Shown here in pieces: positions 56,525 through 64,000 of a stretch of 64,000 nucleotides of DNA (the stretch's first letter is position 1; the number at the start of each line of letters is the position of its first letter). The stretch is from the human T2T-CHM13v2.0 reference genome, Homo sapiens: the NCBI RefSeq assembly GCF_009914755.1, contig NC_060933.1. One strand, given 5' to 3'. Under the pieces are notes generated by a model. The model saw only the letters and a list, made by a program, of their open reading frames with translations. It ran no database searches and had not been told where the DNA came from. The position numbers and the translations under genes are program-made.

Positions 56525-57193
<669 letters not shown>

Positions 57194-57431
57194 GGCACAA
57201 TAGCATATTAAAAACTGAAAATTTCGTCCATTTACTCAAATAACATTTATTGATTTATTGAATGCCTACTATTTTCCAGTCACAAGCTGTGAGTAAGACA
57301 GGAATTAATAGGAGCAACCTAACCTAATATAGGAAGTAAAGGCAATGGATAGTTGAATGCTGACTCCCTCAAAATGGATGGATAGCACCAGGCTTAGTTC
57401 AGTGCTTGTTGAGGTAAGAGAGATTGTCAGA

Positions 57432-57730
57432 CAGAAAACCAAACACTGCATGTTCTCACTCATAGGTGGGAATTGAACAATGAGAACACTTGGACACAGG
57501 GTGGGGAGCATCACACACCAGGGCCTGTCGTGGGGTGTGGGGAGGGGGAAGGGATAGCATTAGGAGATATACCTAATGTAAATGATAAGTTAACGGGTGC
57601 AGCACACCAACATGGCACATGTATACATATGTAGCAAACCTGCACATTGTGCACATGTACCCTAGAACTTAAAGTATAATAATAAAAAAAGAAAAGAAAA
57701 AAATAAATATATGGGGAAAAAAAGAGAGAG
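57432..57730 (+). mobile_element. 5'-truncated primate L1PA 3' end
   Basis: CATGTTCTCACTCATAGGTGGGAATTGAACAATGAG..CCCTAGAACTTAAAGTATAATAATAAAAA; 15-bp TSD AGAGAGATTGTCAGA at 57417-57431 and 57731-57745. Confidence 0.92.
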
Positions 57731-57738
57731 AGAGAGAT

Positions 57739-58291
57739 TGTCAGAAACATGTGAACAAGAGCAACTCCATCTTGAATAGGAGCTGGGTAAAATAAGGCTG
57801 AAACTTACTGGGCTGCATTCCCAGACGGTTCAGCATTCTAAGTCACAGGATGAGCTGGGAGGTCGGTACTTAGATACAGGTCATGAAGATCTTGCTGATA
57901 AAACAGTGTGCAGTAAAGAAGCCGGCCAAACCCCACCAAAACCAAGATGGCAATGAGAGCGACCTCTGATTATCCTTACTGCTACGCTCCCACCAGCGCC
58001 ATGACAGTTTACAAATGCCATGGCAACGTCAGGAAGTTACCTTATATGGTCTAAAAAGGGGAGGCATGAATAATCCACCCTTTGTTTAGCATATCATCAA
58101 GGAATAACCATAAAAATGGGCAACCAGCAACCCTTGGGGATGCTCTGTCTATAGAGTAGCCATTCTTTAGTCCCTTACTTTTCTACTATACTTGTTTTCA
58201 CTTTACTCTATGGACTCGCCCTGAATTCTTTCTTTTGTGAGATCCAAGAACCATCTCTTGGGGTGTGGATCAGGACCCCTTTCTGGTGACA
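57739..58291 (+). mobile_element. MER41A-type solo LTR
   Basis: TGTCAGA..AGCAACTCCATCTTGAATAGG...GGTGACA; TSD AGAT; lacks the GAS-containing segment. Confidence 0.85.
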
Positions 58292-58619
58292 AGATCATTT
58301 TCATAACAAGAGTCTTACTGGCTTCTTGGAAGGGTGAGGGCAAAGCAGAATATTTATTAGGTTTGTGGAATCTGGAGTAAGGTGGCTATTTTGATATAGA
58401 GCTTGATTAGGATTGGACAAGTATGTGACACAATGGTTTAGCATTGGTGGACACAGCAAGGTGAGAGTTCCCAAGCATGTCTTAAAGAGTAAATGATCTT
58501 TTGATTGTATCTATTTTCCTTGGAAAGTGGTACTTACTTTAATGAGGATAAATTGAGTAGTCTAGTGTTTGGACTAATGGATTTTCAGAAAGTTCCTAGA
58601 ACAAATAAAATTTTTGTCC

Positions 58620-59217
58620 ATTTGAACCCAAAAGTATCTGAGACAGGTCTCAAGCAATTTAGAGACTTTATTTTGCCAAGGTTAAGGACATGCCTGTCAC
58701 ACAGCCTCAGGAGGTCCTGATGACATGTGCCCAAGGTGGTTGGGGTACATCTTGCTTTTATACATTTTAGGGAGACATAATGCATCAATCAATACATGTA
58801 ATATTTACGTGGGTTTGATCTGGAAAGGTAGGACAACTCAAAGGGAGGTGTGGGGGGTGGCTTCCAGGTCATAGGTAGATTTAAAATTTTTCTGATTGGT
58901 AACTGATTGAAAGAGTTATCAGTAGAAAGGAGACACGAATGTCTGGGTTATAATAAGGTGTTGTGGAGACTAAGGCCTTATCAGGCAGTTGAAGCTTCTC
59001 AGTAGCAGACTTTGTAGAGAGTAGACTGTAAACTTTTCTTATCAGACTTAAGGTCTGTGTTGATGTTAATGCTGAAGGGGTATAATGAGGCATATGTGAG
59101 CCTCTCTTCCATCATGACTTGAATTAGTTTTTCAGGTTAACTCTGGAATGCCCCTGACTGAAAGGAGGGGTTCATTCAGATGATTAGGGGAGCTTAGAAT
59201 TTAATTTTTTGTTTACA
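58620..59217 (-). mobile_element. MER4A-like solo LTR
   Basis: GTATCTGAGACAGGTCTC..GACATGTGCCCAAGGTGG..GTTTACA. Confidence 0.8.
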
Positions 59218-59274
59218 GCCATTTCATCCTTCTGAGTAAAAATTTCCTGAAATAAGAAAGTCAGGTAAATGTAC

Positions 59275-59486
59275 CAGGGGTTTCCAATCTTTTGGCTTCC
59301 CTGGGCCACATTGGAAGAAGAATTGTCTTGGGCCACACATAAAATACACTAACATTAATGATAGCCAATGAGAAAAAAAAAAAAAAACTCATAATGTTTT
59401 AAGAAAGTTTATGAATTTGTGTTGGGCCTCATTGAAAGCCCTCCTGGGCTGCATGCAGACTATGGGCCTTGGGTTGGACAAGCTTG
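59275..59486. mobile_element. MER30 hAT-Charlie DNA transposon
   Basis: CAGGGGTTTCCAATCTTTTGGCTTCCCTGGGCCACATTGG...GGTTGGACAAGCTTG. Confidence 0.85.
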
Positions 59487-59667
59487 ATAGATAGTAAGCC
59501 GTGTATGTGTGGGCAGTAAGTTTTGATTTCTCTAAAGAATCTTAACTTCCCTTACACATTTGACCACAACACTCTTTTCTTTTCTCGTCAGACTTATTAA
59601 CATTTCAAAGAACAGACCATGATAAAACATGAAAGTAGGAAATAATTTCTATGAGAGTGTTGTAAGC

Positions 59668-60784
<1,117 letters not shown>

Positions 60785-61289
60785 TCACCTTCTCTCTGAA
60801 TTTTCTTCTAAGAGCAGTTCAGTTCAATACCCACATGACTTTCAAAAGTCTTAACCTCACCTACTAGTTAATATAATCTTCAAGGAATTTAAAGGAATTA
60901 AATTGAAGACTTTGTTTGCCTTGTGAACAAAAAATTCCCCAGTTGCCAGGTTTCACTAAAGCTGTGATGAATGAAGGTGACATCAATCTACATTTCCCTG
61001 ATTTATATTTGCTCCACAGGTGAGGAGGAAACCTGGGTTACAGTGGTACCATGTTTCCAGTGTGTCCTCATCAGATTCCGGTCCTTTTCACTATGATGTT
61101 GCAACCTGTGTGTCCCCCTGCCCTGTGTGGGGCTGAGGTCCTGCACCCACCTGTCCTGTCTCCTTCCTGATGGTTGCTAGGACCAAAACCCAGAGGGGAG
61201 AATGAGCTGCACTCACAGGGGATGACTTGGGGACTGGGTCCAGAAAGTGGCTCATCCACAAGAGCTTGTTTAGAGCTACCTAAGAGGAG

Positions 61290-62090
<801 letters not shown>

Positions 62091-62619
62091 ATGATGTACA
62101 AAAAGTCCACATTATGCTAAGACATTATAACAATTTTGTTCAAAACACTTCACATAATTAAATGGGCTATATTTTCATCATAGTATCTGTTTCGTATGTG
62201 GGAAATTTGAGACACGAAGAAAGTGTGAGTCATACCAGACAGACCATAGGTGAACTGTTAAGGAGGGAGAAGCCGCAGTGTCACCTTCCACAGTCCTGCT
62301 CCCATTAAGACCTATGAAGTGGAAAATGCAGATTATTCTTTGAGGTTTCCTGGGACCAGAAAAGGTCAGAGACTCTTAATGGGTAATGCAGACAACTGGA
62401 ATGCAATCATCAGGTATTCATTTCTGTTTTAAGGTTTTATGTCTGAGAAACCTGAAACCTGAAGAAGTAAAGCAATCATGATTTTTTAAAAACTTAATAA
62501 TATGGTTTTGGATTTAAAAAGAAAGACTGACTCAGAGCTGGGGAAAACACTCACTTGTGATACGGATCAATGTGAAAACAGCTTAACTCTGTTCCATGGC
62601 AATTCGCACAGTGTGACTC

Positions 62620-63285
<666 letters not shown>

Positions 63286-63766
63286 TTATCTGATTATCCG
63301 ATTATCAGAAGTAGTAAGAGAAATGTGAAAATGGTTCTTAAGTTACAAAGTACCATATGAAGATAAAGTATTCATTCATTTATTCTCTTATTTATTCATC
63401 AAATATTATTGAGCTCCTCCTACTTTGAGCCAAGCACTTTTATAGATGTTGGGAATATACTAAAGCCAAAATGGATTTAAAACAAAACAAACACTGGCCA
63501 GGCTCAGTGGCTCATGCCTGTAATCCCAGGCTGTATGTGGGGCATGAGAGGAAGCAGGAGATGTCAGGTGAGATACAGCAGTAGCATGGCCCAAGGTGGT
63601 AGCAATGGAGATGGGTAAAAGGGATCCTAATCTGGATATATTTTGAAATAGAGGCCAGGTTCAATGGCTCACACCTGTAACCCCAGCAATTTGGGAGGCC
63701 AAGGCAGGCAGATCACTTGAGCTCAGGAGTTCGAGACCAGCCTGGCCAACATGGTGAAACCCCGTC

Positions 63767-64000
63767 TGTGAAGACCAGCTCGGTTGGGGAGACCCTAACC
63801 CAGTGGTGCTAGAGGAATTAAAGACACACACACAGAAATATAGAGGTGTGAAGTGGGATATCAGGGGTCTCACAGCCTTCAGAGCTGAGAGCCCTGAACA
63901 GAGATTTACCCACGTATTTATTAACAGCAAGCCAGTCATTAGCATTGTTTCTATAGATATTAAATTAACTAAAAGTATCCCTTATGGGAAACGAAGGGAT
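63767..64000 (-). mobile_element. MER9 (HERV-K/HML3) LTR inserted into an Alu left arm (63653-63766); cut by the window end
   Basis: GGGGAGACCCTAACCCAG..GAGGAATTAAAGACACACACACAGAAATATAGAGG matches recalled MER9. Confidence 0.8.

Overview
Primate (almost certainly human) genomic DNA with no prokaryotic systems. It holds the complete 4-exon riboflavin kinase gene RFK on the minus strand (CDS 14742-14661, 13141-12990, 9228-9126, 8101-7971; 468 nt, 155 aa; all introns GT-AG), with a ~1.9 kb 3'UTR and a CpG-island promoter at ~14.3-15.3 kb. A full-length processed RPSA pseudogene with an 18-bp TSD and one nonsense codon lies at 19191-20236 (+). The remaining ~45 kb is repeat-dense: dozens of Alus, a long fragmented old L1, many solo LTRs and DNA transposons. 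From memory this arrangement is human 9q21 (RFK-RPSAP9-GCNT1 upstream region); no GCNT1 coding sequence is visible. I found no convincing new biological system. The best leads are a templated-insertion repair scar that predates the RPSA retrocopy, an orphan poly(A) retro-insertion, a candidate in-frame downstream RFK terminal exon, a stop-free RFK exon 2-3 circle, an AUGA-overlapping upstream ORF, and three plus-strand splice donors that may mark upstream first exons. Repeat family names come from recalled consensus sequences and need RepeatMasker/Dfam confirmation. Repeat boundaries without a stated TSD are approximate.
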